Source: Luteolibacter sp.
GTDB taxonomy: Bacteria > Verrucomicrobiota > Verrucomicrobiia > Verrucomicrobiales > Akkermansiaceae
Direction of reading: 5' to 3'
Length of the DNA: 57,684 nt
Assembly: GCA_021298895.1 (NCBI GenBank)
Contig: JAJTHK010000055.1
Location: 1-57,684 of the forward strand
Position numbers and translations under genes: made by a program. This document shows, piece after piece, positions 27,444 through 37,571 of this stretch. The notes beneath the pieces are model-generated. The model did no database searches. It saw nothing but the letters and a program-made list of their open reading frames with translations, and was not told the origin of the DNA. Each line of letters opens with the position of its first letter. Positions within the stretch are counted from its first letter, which is position 1.

Positions 27444-28781
27444 ATGAATATTGCCGTAGAAAAACAGCCAAAATGCATCGCTATCTTAAACGTTGAGATC
27501 CCATCTACCGACGTCGCAGCCAAACGCGAATCCATCACCTCATCCTACGCTTCTCAGGCAAAACTACCTGGCTTCCGCCCTGGCAAAGCCCCCAAAGCCG
27601 TAATCGAAAAACGTTTTGGAAAACAAATTTCCGAGGAGCTCACCGAGTCCCTCTTCAGTGCCGCTTGCGACAAAGCCCTCGAAACAGAGAACCTCAAAGT
27701 CCTCGACTTCGGCTTCCCAGACAACATCAACGAACGCCCAGACGGCTCGATCGCTTTCGCGACGCGCCTCATCCTCGCTCCGGAATTTACCCTTCCAAAT
27801 TACAAAGGCATCGAAATCAAAGCCCCATCCACTGAAGTGACCGATGAGGAAATCAACACCCAACTCGAAAGCATCCGCGAGCGTCTAGCTGAATTTGAAG
27901 AAGTCACCGACCGCGCTATTCAGAACGACGACATCGCAGTTGTCGATTTCACCACCACTCTTGATGGCAAATCGCTCACCGACGCCATTGGTGAAAAAGG
28001 CCAATACCTCGCCAAGCGCGAAAACCATTGGCTGCCCATCAAGGAAGGCTCTTTTCTTCCTGGCTATGCCGAGCAACTCGTCGGTTCCAAGCAAGGGGAT
28101 CAAAAAGACGTCACCATCACCCTCGACGACGCATTTCCATTCGAAGAACTCCGCGGCAAAGCCATTGTCCTCCACACCACCGTGCAAGGCATCAAGGCCC
28201 CAAAACTCCCTGAGTTGAACGATGAGTTCGCAGAGAAACTCGTTCCTGGAAAAACCCTCGATGAGATCAAAGCCATCATCCGCGAGAATATGGGGATCGA
28301 GAAAACCAAGCAGATCAACGAACTCAAAGTTTCCCAGATCGTGGAAAAACTGAACACCGCTGTCAGCTTCGAACTCCCAGAAGAAATCGTGAAACGCGAA
28401 GTTCAGAACCAAGCCAACTCACTCGTCGAACAAGGCAGCAAACAAGGCGCTTCCGATGAAGACATGTTGAAACAACAAGAGGAAATTTTTTCAGTCGCCA
28501 CCAAACGCGCCGTCACCAACCTCCGCACCAATTTCCTTCTCCAAGAAATCGCCCAGGCGGAAAAAATCACGGTTTCCGATGCGGATCTCCTCGGTCACAT
28601 TTCCCAGATCGCCCAGCAACGCAAGCAACCGATCAAAAAAGTCATCAAGGACCTCCAGAAAAACCGCCAAATCCAATCCATCCGTAATTCGATGTTGATC
28701 GGTCAAACGATTGACTTCCTCGTTGAACAAGCGAATGTGACTGAAGTCTCAGCCGAAGAATTCGAGGCCAACCCTGCTTAA
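27444..28781 (+). CDS. tig: trigger factor
   Basis: PGFRPGKAP ribosome-binding motif, FKBP domain, position upstream of clpP-clpX. Confidence 0.96.
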   Translation: MNIAVEKQPKCIAILNVEIPSTDVAAKRESITSSYASQAKLPGFRPGKAPKAVIEKRFGKQISEELTESLFSAACDKALETENLKVLDFGFPDNINERPDGSIAFATRLILAPEFTLPNYKGIEIKAPSTEVTDEEINTQLESIRERLAEFEEVTDRAIQNDDIAVVDFTTTLDGKSLTDAIGEKGQYLAKRENHWLPIKEGSFLPGYAEQLVGSKQGDQKDVTITLDDAFPFEELRGKAIVLHTTVQGIKAPKLPELNDEFAEKLVPGKTLDEIKAIIRENMGIEKTKQINELKVSQIVEKLNTAVSFELPEEIVKREVQNQANSLVEQGSKQGASDEDMLKQQEEIFSVATKRAVTNLRTNFLLQEIAQAEKITVSDADLLGHISQIAQQRKQPIKKVIKDLQKNRQIQSIRNSMLIGQTIDFLVEQANVTEVSAEEFEANPA

Positions 28782-28787
28782 TCCATC

Positions 28788-29471
28788 ATGAATCTTTTTC
28801 CTCCCTCTAACAGCTCTGGTTCCAATCAGTCGCCAAAGAACAGTTACTACGTGCCCATCGTCATCGAATCCGATGGACGCGGCGAACGCTCGTTCGACAT
28901 CTACTCACGCCTTCTCAAGGATCGCATCATCTTCATCGGCACAGGCATTGATGACTACGTTGCGAACTCGGTGATCGCCCAGTTGCTTTTCCTCCAAATG
29001 CAGGATCCGAAAAAGGACATCCACATTTACATCAACTCCCCCGGCGGTTCCGTCACTGCCGGCCTCGCGATGTATGACACCATGCAATTCCTCACATGCG
29101 ACGTGAACACCTACTGCATCGGCATCGCCGCTTCCATGGGTTCCGTGCTCCTCACAGCAGGCACCAAAGGCAAACGCTTCTGCTTACCTAACTCACACGT
29201 CATGATCCACCAAGTTTCAGGCGGAGCCCAAGGCACTGCTTCCGACGTCGAGCGCACCATCGGCTTTATGTTCAACCTAAAAAAACGCCTTAACGGCATC
29301 CTTGCCAAACACACCGGCAAGACCATTGAACAAATCGAACACGATTCCGACCGCGACAACTACATGTCCGCTGAAGAATCGGTTGCCTACGGCCTCGTCG
29401 ATAAAGTCCTCGAATCCCGCAAACAACTCCCGGATGCCGTCAAAGAAGAACTCGATAAGAAAAAGTCCTGA
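28788..29471 (+). CDS. clpP: ATP-dependent Clp protease proteolytic subunit
   Basis: [31 protein letters not shown] and DRDNYMS motifs. Confidence 0.97.
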   Translation: MNLFPPSNSSGSNQSPKNSYYVPIVIESDGRGERSFDIYSRLLKDRIIFIGTGIDDYVANSVIAQLLFLQMQDPKKDIHIYINSPGGSVTAGLAMYDTMQFLTCDVNTYCIGIAASMGSVLLTAGTKGKRFCLPNSHVMIHQVSGGAQGTASDVERTIGFMFNLKKRLNGILAKHTGKTIEQIEHDSDRDNYMSAEESVAYGLVDKVLESRKQLPDAVKEELDKKKS

Positions 29472-29481
29472 TCCTCCATCC

Positions 29482-29513
29482 TTCGAGTTTAAAATTTAAA
29501 GTTTAAAGTTTCC
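29482..29513. repeat. heptamer tract abutting the clpX start
   Basis: ttcgag-tttaaaa-tttaaag-tttaaag-tttcc-ATG. Confidence 0.75.
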
Positions 29514-30812
29514 ATGGCCCGCGCTTCCAATCTTACTATGTGCTCCTTCTGCGGAAAGAGCCACTCCGAGGTTAAAAAACTCATCGCCGGCCCTGGGGTC
29601 TATATTTGCAACGAATGCGTCGATGTCTGCAGCAACATCCTCGAAAAAGAACTCAATCAAGCCAATCCCACAAACGGCAAAAAACGCAAAGGCAACACCA
29701 CACGCACTCGTGAGGAAATGCCAACCCCAGCGGAACTGCTCGCAGAACTGGACCAATACGTGATCGGTCAAGAAACCGCCAAACGCGTGCTATCGGTTGC
29801 AGTTTACAATCACTACCTGCGCCTCAACCAAAACAATCTCTCGATCTCCTCTGAACACGACGATGTCGAGATCGAGAAATCCAACGTCCTCCTGTTAGGC
29901 TCAACGGGTTCCGGTAAAACCCTTCTCGCCCGCACTCTCGCACGGGTGCTCGATGTGCCATTCTGCATCGTCGATGCCACCACCCTAACAGAAGCGGGTT
30001 ACGTTGGTGAAGATGTGGAAAACATCATCCTTCGCCTGCTGCAAGCCGCGGAATTCGATGTCGAACGCGCCGAGCGAGGTATCATCTATGTCGATGAGAT
30101 CGATAAGATTGGCCGCAAAACCGAAAACGTTTCCATCACCCGCGATGTATCTGGTGAAGGTGTTCAACAAGCACTTCTCAAAATTCTCGAAGGCACTGTC
30201 TGCAATGTCCCACCTCAGGGCGGTCGCAAACATCCTCAACAGGAATACATCCAGATCAACACCGAGAAAATTCTCTTCATCTGCGGTGGCGCATTTGTCG
30301 GACTCGAAGATATCGTCCGTCGCCGCCTCGGAAGTAAAACTTTGGGTTTCCACTCCGACAACTCATCCAACGACCTCGATGAAAAAACCTCGAAAATTCT
30401 CGAGAAAGTCCTCCCTGAAGACCTCCTCCACTTTGGCTTGATCCCAGAATTCATTGGCCGACTCCCCGTCATCACCGCCCTGCGCAAACTCACCGAGGAC
30501 GAACTCGTCAAAATCCTCACCGAGCCGAAAAACGCTCTGGTCAAACAATACGCCAAACAACTCGCGCTCAATAACGTCAAACTCAACATCACCCGCGACG
30601 CTCTCCGCGCAATGGCTCACATCGCCGTCGAACGCGGCACTGGCGCCCGCGCCCTGCGCTCGATCCTGGAGAAACTCATGCTCGACGTCATGTTCGAAGT
30701 CCCCTCACGCGGCGATATCGAAGAAGTCACCATCAACCGCCAAGCCGCCGAAGGTTCCAAACCGCCAACCCTCCGTCGCCGCAAAGCAAAAGATAAAGAA
30801 GACGCGGCTTAG
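29514..30812 (+). CDS. clpX: ATP-dependent Clp protease ATP-binding subunit
   Basis: Zinc-binding [29 protein letters not shown] and TGARALR motifs. Confidence 0.97.
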   Translation: MARASNLTMCSFCGKSHSEVKKLIAGPGVYICNECVDVCSNILEKELNQANPTNGKKRKGNTTRTREEMPTPAELLAELDQYVIGQETAKRVLSVAVYNHYLRLNQNNLSISSEHDDVEIEKSNVLLLGSTGSGKTLLARTLARVLDVPFCIVDATTLTEAGYVGEDVENIILRLLQAAEFDVERAERGIIYVDEIDKIGRKTENVSITRDVSGEGVQQALLKILEGTVCNVPPQGGRKHPQQEYIQINTEKILFICGGAFVGLEDIVRRRLGSKTLGFHSDNSSNDLDEKTSKILEKVLPEDLLHFGLIPEFIGRLPVITALRKLTEDELVKILTEPKNALVKQYAKQLALNNVKLNITRDALRAMAHIAVERGTGARALRSILEKLMLDVMFEVPSRGDIEEVTINRQAAEGSKPPTLRRRKAKDKEDAA

Positions 30813-30823
30813 ACTCAAGTTTG

Positions 30824-30996
30824 TCGCGCAAAGTCGCGAAGACGCAAAGGAAGAGGTTTTTGACTGATAAGCATCATCTATTGATTGAGATCGGTGGTTC
30901 TTTTTTCGTAACTCGTGTGCTTTATCCTTAAACATCCGGCGTTACATGGCTTCATATCAAGCCCCCTTAACTTTGCGTCTTTGCGACTTTGCGCGA
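30824..30996. repeat. inverted-repeat module with CGCAAAG-type arms (same family as 25098)
   Basis: TCGCGCAAAGTCGCGAAGACGCAAAG and CTTTGCGTCTTTGCGACTTTGCGCGA (25 of 26 complementary). Confidence 0.9.
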
Positions 30997-31117
30997 GACG
31001 GACATCTTCCACCCCGCATTTTTCCGAAAATTTTGTAAACAAATCTCAATTCCGGTGTCGCAAATTTGTCAGTTACATTTAAAAACCCTGCCAACCCATC
31101 TCAATTCAGCCATCCCT

Positions 31118-31843
31118 ATGATCGAAGTCATCAATATCAGCAAACATTTCGGCGCCAAACTTGCCGTTGATAACCTATCCTTCACCGTCAAAAAAGGTGA
31201 GGTGCTAGGTTTCCTCGGACCCAACGGTGCAGGAAAATCCACTACCATGCGCATGGTCACTGGCTTTATCCCACCCAGCTCCGGAGACGCGAAAGTCTGT
31301 GGTATTTCCATCACCGAAAATCCCTACGAAGCGAAAACCAAGATCGGCTACCTCCCAGAATCCGCACCGCTATACAACGACATGACGGTCATCGGTTTCC
31401 TGAAATTCTGCGCAAGCGTCCGCAAGTTATCTGGTTCAGCGAAAAATGATGCTGTGGAAAAAGCCATCGAAACCTGCTTCCTCACCAGTGTCGCCCATCA
31501 ATCCATCGACACCCTCTCCAAAGGCTACCGCCACCGCACCTGCCTCGCCCAAGCCCTCCTTCATGATCCGGAAGTTCTCATTCTCGATGAGCCCACCGAT
31601 GGCCTCGACCCCAACCAAAAATACGAAGTCCGCCAACTCATCAAACGCCTCGGCAAAGACAAAGCCATCCTGTTTTCCACGCACATCCTCGAAGAAGTCG
31701 AAGCCGCTTGCACCCGCGCGGTCATCGTCGATCGCGGAAAAATCGTTGCCGACGGCACACCCGCCCAGCTCATCGCACAAGCTCCGCACGGCTCTCTAAC
31801 AGAACTCTTCCGCAAAGTCACCAGCACCGACACCGCCGCGTAA
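31118..31843 (+). CDS. ABC transporter ATP-binding protein (GldA-like)
   Basis: GPNGAGKST, LSKGY and ILDEPTDGLDP motifs; start placed at MIEV. Confidence 0.92.
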   Translation: MIEVINISKHFGAKLAVDNLSFTVKKGEVLGFLGPNGAGKSTTMRMVTGFIPPSSGDAKVCGISITENPYEAKTKIGYLPESAPLYNDMTVIGFLKFCASVRKLSGSAKNDAVEKAIETCFLTSVAHQSIDTLSKGYRHRTCLAQALLHDPEVLILDEPTDGLDPNQKYEVRQLIKRLGKDKAILFSTHILEEVEAACTRAVIVDRGKIVADGTPAQLIAQAPHGSLTELFRKVTSTDTAA

Positions 31844-31844
31844 A

Positions 31845-31867
31845 GTAGCGGCGATCACTGGTCGCCG
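31845..31867 (+). repeat. GTAG-headed REP-like palindrome
   Basis: GTAG-CGGCGA-tcactgg-TCGCCG. Confidence 0.5.
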
Positions 31868-31886
31868 TCTTCCAAAAAAAACAATT

Positions 31887-31940
31887 CTCCCGACTCCCGA
31901 CTCCCGACTCCCGACTCCCGACTCCCGACTCCCGACTCCC
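31887..31940 (+). repeat. perfect heptamer VNTR, (CTCCCGA)7 plus a partial unit
   Basis: Seven exact units ending 7 bp before the permease ATG. Confidence 0.97.
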
Positions 31941-31947
31941 TTCCACC

Positions 31948-32676
31948 ATGAACACCCTCACCATCTACCTTCGCGAATTAAAATCCTACTTCGCACAACC
32001 CACCGCCTACGCGATCATCGTCATCTTCGTATTTCTCTCACTCGGCATGACATTCACTTTCGGCCAATTCATGCGTGCCGGTGATGCATCGCTGTTTTCC
32101 TTTTTCTTCTGGCACCCATGGCTCTACATGCTGCTTGCTCCAGCCATCGCCATGAAACTTTGGGCGGATGAACAACGCAACGGCACCATCGAACTACTCG
32201 GCACGTTTCCAGTTTCCACATGGTCAGCGATCGCAGGAAAATTTCTCGCCGCTGCCACAGTTTCGCTCGTCGCTCTCTTGCTGACTTTCCCCATGGTGAT
32301 CACCGTCAACTATCTGGGAAACCCTGATAACAGCGCGATCATCTCCAGCTACATCGGCTCCTTCCTCGTGTGCTGCACTTTCATCGCCATCACCATGCTC
32401 GTCTCCGCATTCACCCGTGACCAAGTCGTCTGCCTGATCGTATCCGTTGCAATCTGCACTATCATGGTGCTCTGCGGTTATGAGCCCGTCACCACCGAAC
32501 TCGCAAAAGCCACTTCTCCAGGCACTGTTGAGGCCGTTGTTTCTCTGGGCGTATGGAGCCACTTCGCCTCACTCGACCGCGGCATGTTCCGCCTCCAAGA
32601 CTTCATCTGGTTCGCCAGCTTCATCAGCATCAGCCTCCTCGGCACATCCACCATCCTCAGCGCCAAACGCGCCTAA
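31948..32676 (+). CDS. ABC-2 permease (GldF-like)
   Basis: RELKSYF, WADEQRNGTIELL and GKFLAA motifs; multiple TM helices. Confidence 0.88.
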   Translation: MNTLTIYLRELKSYFAQPTAYAIIVIFVFLSLGMTFTFGQFMRAGDASLFSFFFWHPWLYMLLAPAIAMKLWADEQRNGTIELLGTFPVSTWSAIAGKFLAAATVSLVALLLTFPMVITVNYLGNPDNSAIISSYIGSFLVCCTFIAITMLVSAFTRDQVVCLIVSVAICTIMVLCGYEPVTTELAKATSPGTVEAVVSLGVWSHFASLDRGMFRLQDFIWFASFISISLLGTSTILSAKRA

Positions 32677-32678
32677 TA

Positions 32679-32765
32679 TTCAACTCCAGATCTCTAACTT
32701 CTAATCCAAGTAAAGCATCCATTCATTTCTTCCTTTTGATGGTTGAAATTTGAAATTTGAAATTT
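32679..32765. repeat. degenerate inverted heptamer-tract module abutting the GldG-like start
   Basis: ttcaact-ccagatc-tctaact-tctaatc ... tttcttcc ... ttgaaat-ttgaaat-ttgaaat-tt-ATG. Confidence 0.65.
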
Positions 32766-34652
32766 ATGAAAACTCCCATCGCCCGCGCCACCTTCGGCAT
32801 CATCGCTCTTGTCGCCATCGCTGTTCTCGCCAACTGGCTGATCTCTCTAACACCTTACGGAAACAGAGGAGCCGACTTCACAGAAAATAAAATCCATACG
32901 CTTTCCGATGGCACTAAATCCATCCTTAGCGAACTCGATACCCCTGTCGTCATCCGCTACTATGCTTCTCGTAGTAGCGATTACATGCCGGAGCAATTGA
33001 AAGTTCATCTCCGCCGTGTCGATGACCTACTCAAAGAATACGCCAATCTTTCCAATGGAAAATTGCGCATCGAATACCTCGATCCACAACCTGATACCGA
33101 TGCGGAGGACTCCGCCAACCTTGATGAAATCTCCGGACAGCAGATCAACGAGGACAACCTCTTTTTCGGTATGGCAGTCACCGCTTTGGATAAAAAAGTC
33201 AGCCTACCTTTCCTCAATCCACAAGAGGAAACCATGTTGGAATACCAAATCTCAAAAGCCATCGCGGAAGTTTCAACTCCCGTCAAACCAGTGATCGGAA
33301 TCATTTCAGGAATCGACCTCGCAGGCGCACCCGCCATGATGCCTGGCCAACAAGGCCAACAACCTTGGGTTATCTATCAACAACTCAAACAATCCTTCGA
33401 ACTGGTAGACCTTGGAATGAATCCGGAAAAAATCGACCCGAATGCCATCAAACTTCTTCTCGTTTTCCATCCTGCAGGAATTTCCCCTCAAACCGAATTC
33501 GCCATCGATCAATATCTTCTTAACGGAGGCTCCGTTGTTGCCTGCCTTGATGCTCATTCCGTCGCCGCAGAAATGACTGGCGGCGGAAACCCCATGATGG
33601 GACAAGCAGGGTCACCTACCTCATCCACCCTCCCTACTTTGCTCAATGCGTGGGGCGTGAAATTTAATTCACAGCAAGTCGTTGCCGACCCAGTTCACTA
33701 CACTTCATTCGGTGACGGTCGTGGTAGCGTTACCGTGTTAAATCTTCCGCAAACTGCTATGCCTCAAAAAGATAGCATCATCACCAAAACTCTTACTTCG
33801 GTAACTCTCTATCTACCTGGCGCTTTTGAAAATACAGGCAACAGCGGTGTCTCCGCAAACTCGCTGATCCGCTCGTCCACATCCGCTGGCTTCGTCGATC
33901 CAATCAAGGCTTCACAGCTCGACCCATCGATCGAAAAAAATATCAAAGCTGGCGGCAAGGCGCTCGATCTCGTCACTTTCCTATCTGGAAATTTCAAAAC
34001 CGCCTTCCCCGATGGTAAACCTAAAAGCGAAACACCCGAAACCCCTGAAGGCGAAAACAAGGACGCTCCGAAAGAGGAATCTCTCAAAGAAGCCATGAAA
34101 CCCGGTAACGTATTCCTCATCGCCGACATCGATGCCTTTTACGATCGCTTCGCTTACAACGTCCAAAACTTCGGCGGTATGCAAATGGCAACTCCTACTA
34201 ACGGCAACTCCGTCCTGCTATTTAACATCATCGATCAAGCCATCGGCTCAAAACACCTCATCGGTTCACGCTCGCGCGCCGCTACTCGCCGTCCTTTCAC
34301 TGTTGTCCAAGAAATGGAAACGAAATTCAAAGAGCAAGTCGGCCAAAAAGTCGGAGAATTTGAAAAGAAACGAGAAGAAGCCCAAGCTAAACTTCAAGAA
34401 CTCCAAGCCCAAAAAGCCCGCGGCAAAGAGCTTTATCTCTCACCTGAGCAGGAGGCTGAAATCGCCAAACTCACTCAACAACAGGTCGAATACTCACGCC
34501 TGATCCGCGAACAAGAAAAAGACCTGCGCCGTAAGAAAGACAGACTCGCTGGAAACATCACTCTGCTCAACGTCGCAGTCGTCCCATTGTTAGTCATCCT
34601 CTTTGGTCTCTTACTCCACTTCATTCGCCGTGCATCGACTCGCGCCCGCTGA
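32766..34652 (+). CDS. GldG-family ABC auxiliary protein
   Basis: N- and C-terminal TM anchors; DFTENKIHTLS, LEYQISKAI and AIDQYLLNGG motifs. Confidence 0.88.
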   Translation: MKTPIARATFGIIALVAIAVLANWLISLTPYGNRGADFTENKIHTLSDGTKSILSELDTPVVIRYYASRSSDYMPEQLKVHLRRVDDLLKEYANLSNGKLRIEYLDPQPDTDAEDSANLDEISGQQINEDNLFFGMAVTALDKKVSLPFLNPQEETMLEYQISKAIAEVSTPVKPVIGIISGIDLAGAPAMMPGQQGQQPWVIYQQLKQSFELVDLGMNPEKIDPNAIKLLLVFHPAGISPQTEFAIDQYLLNGGSVVACLDAHSVAAEMTGGGNPMMGQAGSPTSSTLPTLLNAWGVKFNSQQVVADPVHYTSFGDGRGSVTVLNLPQTAMPQKDSIITKTLTSVTLYLPGAFENTGNSGVSANSLIRSSTSAGFVDPIKASQLDPSIEKNIKAGGKALDLVTFLSGNFKTAFPDGKPKSETPETPEGENKDAPKEESLKEAMKPGNVFLIADIDAFYDRFAYNVQNFGGMQMATPTNGNSVLLFNIIDQAIGSKHLIGSRSRAATRRPFTVVQEMETKFKEQVGQKVGEFEKKREEAQAKLQELQAQKARGKELYLSPEQEAEIAKLTQQQVEYSRLIREQEKDLRRKKDRLAGNITLLNVAVVPLLVILFGLLLHFIRRASTRAR

Positions 34653-34697
34653 TTTAACCCTATCCTCATTCTTTAATCCTCAATCTCTAACAAAAAG

Positions 34698-35912
34698 ATG
34701 AAACCACGTACCGTTATCATTCTCTGGATCATTGCCCTAGCTCTTGGCGTTTCCGTTTATGCCGTCAAAAAAGCCTCTGGTGACAACATCAAAACCACCA
34801 CGCAACGTTCTGCCGGACAAACACTCATCGCTGATTTCCCAGCCAAAGATATCAGCTCCATCCACATCACCGATGCCGATCTATCCGTCACACTTCAGAA
34901 AAAAGACGGCAACTGGATCGTTGTTGAACGTGATGGATTCAATGCCAACTCCACAGAAATCACAGGATTCCTCCGCACTCTGATCGATCTGAAAGTCACT
35001 CAAGGCATCGAAGCTGGCCCATCCTTCGCATCTCGTTTCGGGATGGATGAAAAATCCTCCGACCCCACTCAACGCGGAGTCACCGCAGAGTTCAAAGACA
35101 CTTCCGGCAAATCCCTCGCCACGATCTCCTTTGGGAAAAACCTCGACTCCACCGCATCCTCCTCACCCTTCGGCGGCGGCTCGGTCGGACGCTTCGTTCG
35201 CAACCACGCCGATGAATCTGGATTCTATGCCGTCTCCGAACTCTTCCCAAGTCTTTCTGCCAATCCTAAAAATTGGCTCTCTGAAGAATTTATCAAAATC
35301 GAAAAAATCCAATCCATCTCCCTCACCCAACCCGGCTCAGATAAAAATGAATGGGAACTCGATCGCGATAGCGAAGAAGCCGATTTCAAATTCACTTCAG
35401 CTTTCCCTGGCGTGAAAATCGACAAAGCCGCTGCCGATCCTCTCAAGTCATTTTTATCATACGGCAGATTTGACGACATCGTCCCGACCGCTGAAATCGA
35501 AAAACGCGCGAGCCCTGATAAACTCCAAACCGCCACGATCAAAACCTTTGAAGGAATCACCTACGTTCTCGCCCTCCAGCCATCCAAATCTAACAGCGAA
35601 AACTATCTTCTTACCTTCAAAGTTTCCGGTGAACTTCCGGAAAAGCGCAAAGCCGCCGAAAACGAAAAACCTGAGGACGCCGCTGCTGCCGAAAAAGCTT
35701 TTGCAGATCGTCGCAAAGCGCTCGCGGATAGCATCGCTCAAACCAAAAAACTTGAGCTCATCACCTTCGAGGTCAGCAAATTCACCGTCGACGCCCTACT
35801 CAAATCCCGCACCGACCTGATGGACAAAGGCCCCGGCCCACAAGCCCAGCCTGCTCCAGGCGAGGGACTTGGTCCTGTCTTCTCACCTCCCGTCTCCATC
35901 CCACAACAGTAG
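34698..35912 (+). CDS. DUF4340-like protein
   Basis: N-terminal anchor, LQKKDGNW, position directly after a gldAFG-like trio. Confidence 0.75.
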   Translation: MKPRTVIILWIIALALGVSVYAVKKASGDNIKTTTQRSAGQTLIADFPAKDISSIHITDADLSVTLQKKDGNWIVVERDGFNANSTEITGFLRTLIDLKVTQGIEAGPSFASRFGMDEKSSDPTQRGVTAEFKDTSGKSLATISFGKNLDSTASSSPFGGGSVGRFVRNHADESGFYAVSELFPSLSANPKNWLSEEFIKIEKIQSISLTQPGSDKNEWELDRDSEEADFKFTSAFPGVKIDKAAADPLKSFLSYGRFDDIVPTAEIEKRASPDKLQTATIKTFEGITYVLALQPSKSNSENYLLTFKVSGELPEKRKAAENEKPEDAAAAEKAFADRRKALADSIAQTKKLELITFEVSKFTVDALLKSRTDLMDKGPGPQAQPAPGEGLGPVFSPPVSIPQQ

Positions 35913-35977
35913 GTTTTACGGCGTTTCTGAACTTGGAGTCTGACGCTTCATAAGCTAAACTCTTCTCCAAGTTCATT

Positions 35978-36259
35978 ATGTCGAATCCACACGACCATCC
36001 CACCGCCCTCAGAGATCTCCAAGATTCCATCTACCGGGAAAAAATCCTGCGTGCCCGATCGATGACAGAAGAGCAGCGAATTTCAGAGGTTTTCGAGCTT
36101 TCAAATAGACAATTTAAAATAATGCTCGCTGGTGCTATGGCAAAAATTGGCACTAATGATAAAGAACTCGGCTGGCAGGAGGTCAGTAAAAACATGGATC
36201 GCCTTGATCGCATCCGTGATTTCGGTCTCTACACCGCTGAAAAGCCCGCTGAGATATAA
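35978..36259 (+). CDS. hypothetical 93-aa protein
   Basis: ATG-started ORF with a KILRARSMTEEQRI segment. Confidence 0.6.
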   Translation: MSNPHDHPTALRDLQDSIYREKILRARSMTEEQRISEVFELSNRQFKIMLAGAMAKIGTNDKELGWQEVSKNMDRLDRIRDFGLYTAEKPAEI

Positions 36260-36328
36260 AACTCAAATTCGAGTTCATTTGGAAAACTGACAAAGCTCAA
36301 ACTGATTCCAAAGAAAACATCACTCTTT

Positions 36329-36366
36329 CTCTGCGTCCCTTTGCGACCTCTGCGCCTCTGCGGTTA
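36329..36366. repeat. single arm of a ~9-bp-unit repeat
   Basis: ctctgcgtcc-ctttgcgac-ctctgcgc-ctctgcggtta. Confidence 0.7.
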
Positions 36367-36494
36367 AAAAATAAACCCTAACTGCAGATTCGACCCTAAA
36401 ACCGACACCCTGGCCCGTATCCCCCCATTGTGAGCTCAAAATCCGTCACTTAAAACTCGCCAATTCCCGTCCCGCAAGTTTCCATATCCACCCC

Positions 36495-37556
36495 GTGACC
36501 AAACACCGCACAGACGACCTCCGTATTTCCGGCATCAATCCCCTGATTTCACCGGCAGTCCTCGCTTACTATCTTCCCATCAACGAACAAGCCGCTGAAG
36601 TGGTTCACTCCGCGCGCGCGCAGGCCGATGCGATTCTCTCACGCCAAGACGATCGCCTCATGGCCATCGTCGGTCCCTGCTCGATTCACGATCCGGAAGC
36701 CGCGCTCGAATACGCCGCCAAACTCAAGGCTGAGGCGGATCGCCTCAAAGATGACGTGTTCATCATGATGCGGGTCTATTTCGAAAAACCCCGCACCACG
36801 GTCGGCTGGAAAGGCTTGATCAATGATCCCGCCCTCGATGATTCCTTCGACATCAACCAAGGCCTGCGCGTCGCGCGCAAACTCCTGCTCGACCTCGCCC
36901 ACATGGGGATGTCCTCCGCCACCGAGTTCCTCGATACCATTTCCCCCCAATACATCGCGGACCTCATCTCCTGGGGCGCGATCGGTGCCCGCACCACGGA
37001 ATCCCAAATCCACCGCGAACTCGCTTCCGGCCTCTCCATGCCGGTCGGTTTCAAAAACGGCACCGGCGGCTCCATCCAGCTCGCCCTCGACGCAATCCAA
37101 TCCGCCTCCCGCTCACATCATTTTCTCTCCGTCACCAAACAAGGTGTCTCCGCCATCGTTTCCACCACCGGAAACAAATCCTGCCACCTCATCCTGCGCG
37201 GAGGCAAAACCGGCCCGAACTACGAGGCCGAGCACGTTGCCGAAGTGGAGAAAATGCTCACCGAGCAAAACCTGCCGCTCTCGATCATGATCGATTGCTC
37301 ACACGGCAACTCAAACAAGGACTACCGCAACCAACCGCTGGTCGCGAAAAACATCGCCAACCAGATCGCAGCAGGCTCAAAAACCATCACTTCGGTGATG
37401 ATCGAGTCCAATCTCGTCGAGGGCAACCAGAAGCTCCAGCCAGACCTTTCCAAGCTCAACCGCGGCCAGTCCGTCACCGACGCCTGCATCAACTGGGACG
37501 ACACGGTGGAGACCCTCGAAGTACTCGCCGAAGCCGTTAGAAAACGCCGCGGTTAA
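36495..37556 (+). CDS. 3-deoxy-7-phosphoheptulonate (DAHP) synthase, class I
   Basis: GPCSIHD, KPRTTVGWKGL, IGARTTESQ, DCSHGNS and TDAC motifs; AroF/G/H subtype not resolvable by eye. Confidence 0.96.
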   Translation: MTKHRTDDLRISGINPLISPAVLAYYLPINEQAAEVVHSARAQADAILSRQDDRLMAIVGPCSIHDPEAALEYAAKLKAEADRLKDDVFIMMRVYFEKPRTTVGWKGLINDPALDDSFDINQGLRVARKLLLDLAHMGMSSATEFLDTISPQYIADLISWGAIGARTTESQIHRELASGLSMPVGFKNGTGGSIQLALDAIQSASRSHHFLSVTKQGVSAIVSTTGNKSCHLILRGGKTGPNYEAEHVAEVEKMLTEQNLPLSIMIDCSHGNSNKDYRNQPLVAKNIANQIAAGSKTITSVMIESNLVEGNQKLQPDLSKLNRGQSVTDACINWDDTVETLEVLAEAVRKRRG

Positions 37557-37571
37557 TTTCAGCAAAAAATG

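Noticed and set aside
31118-35912. Gliding motility locus
   Set aside because: GldAFG-like ABC clusters are widespread in non-gliding bacteria, and no other gld or spr genes are present.
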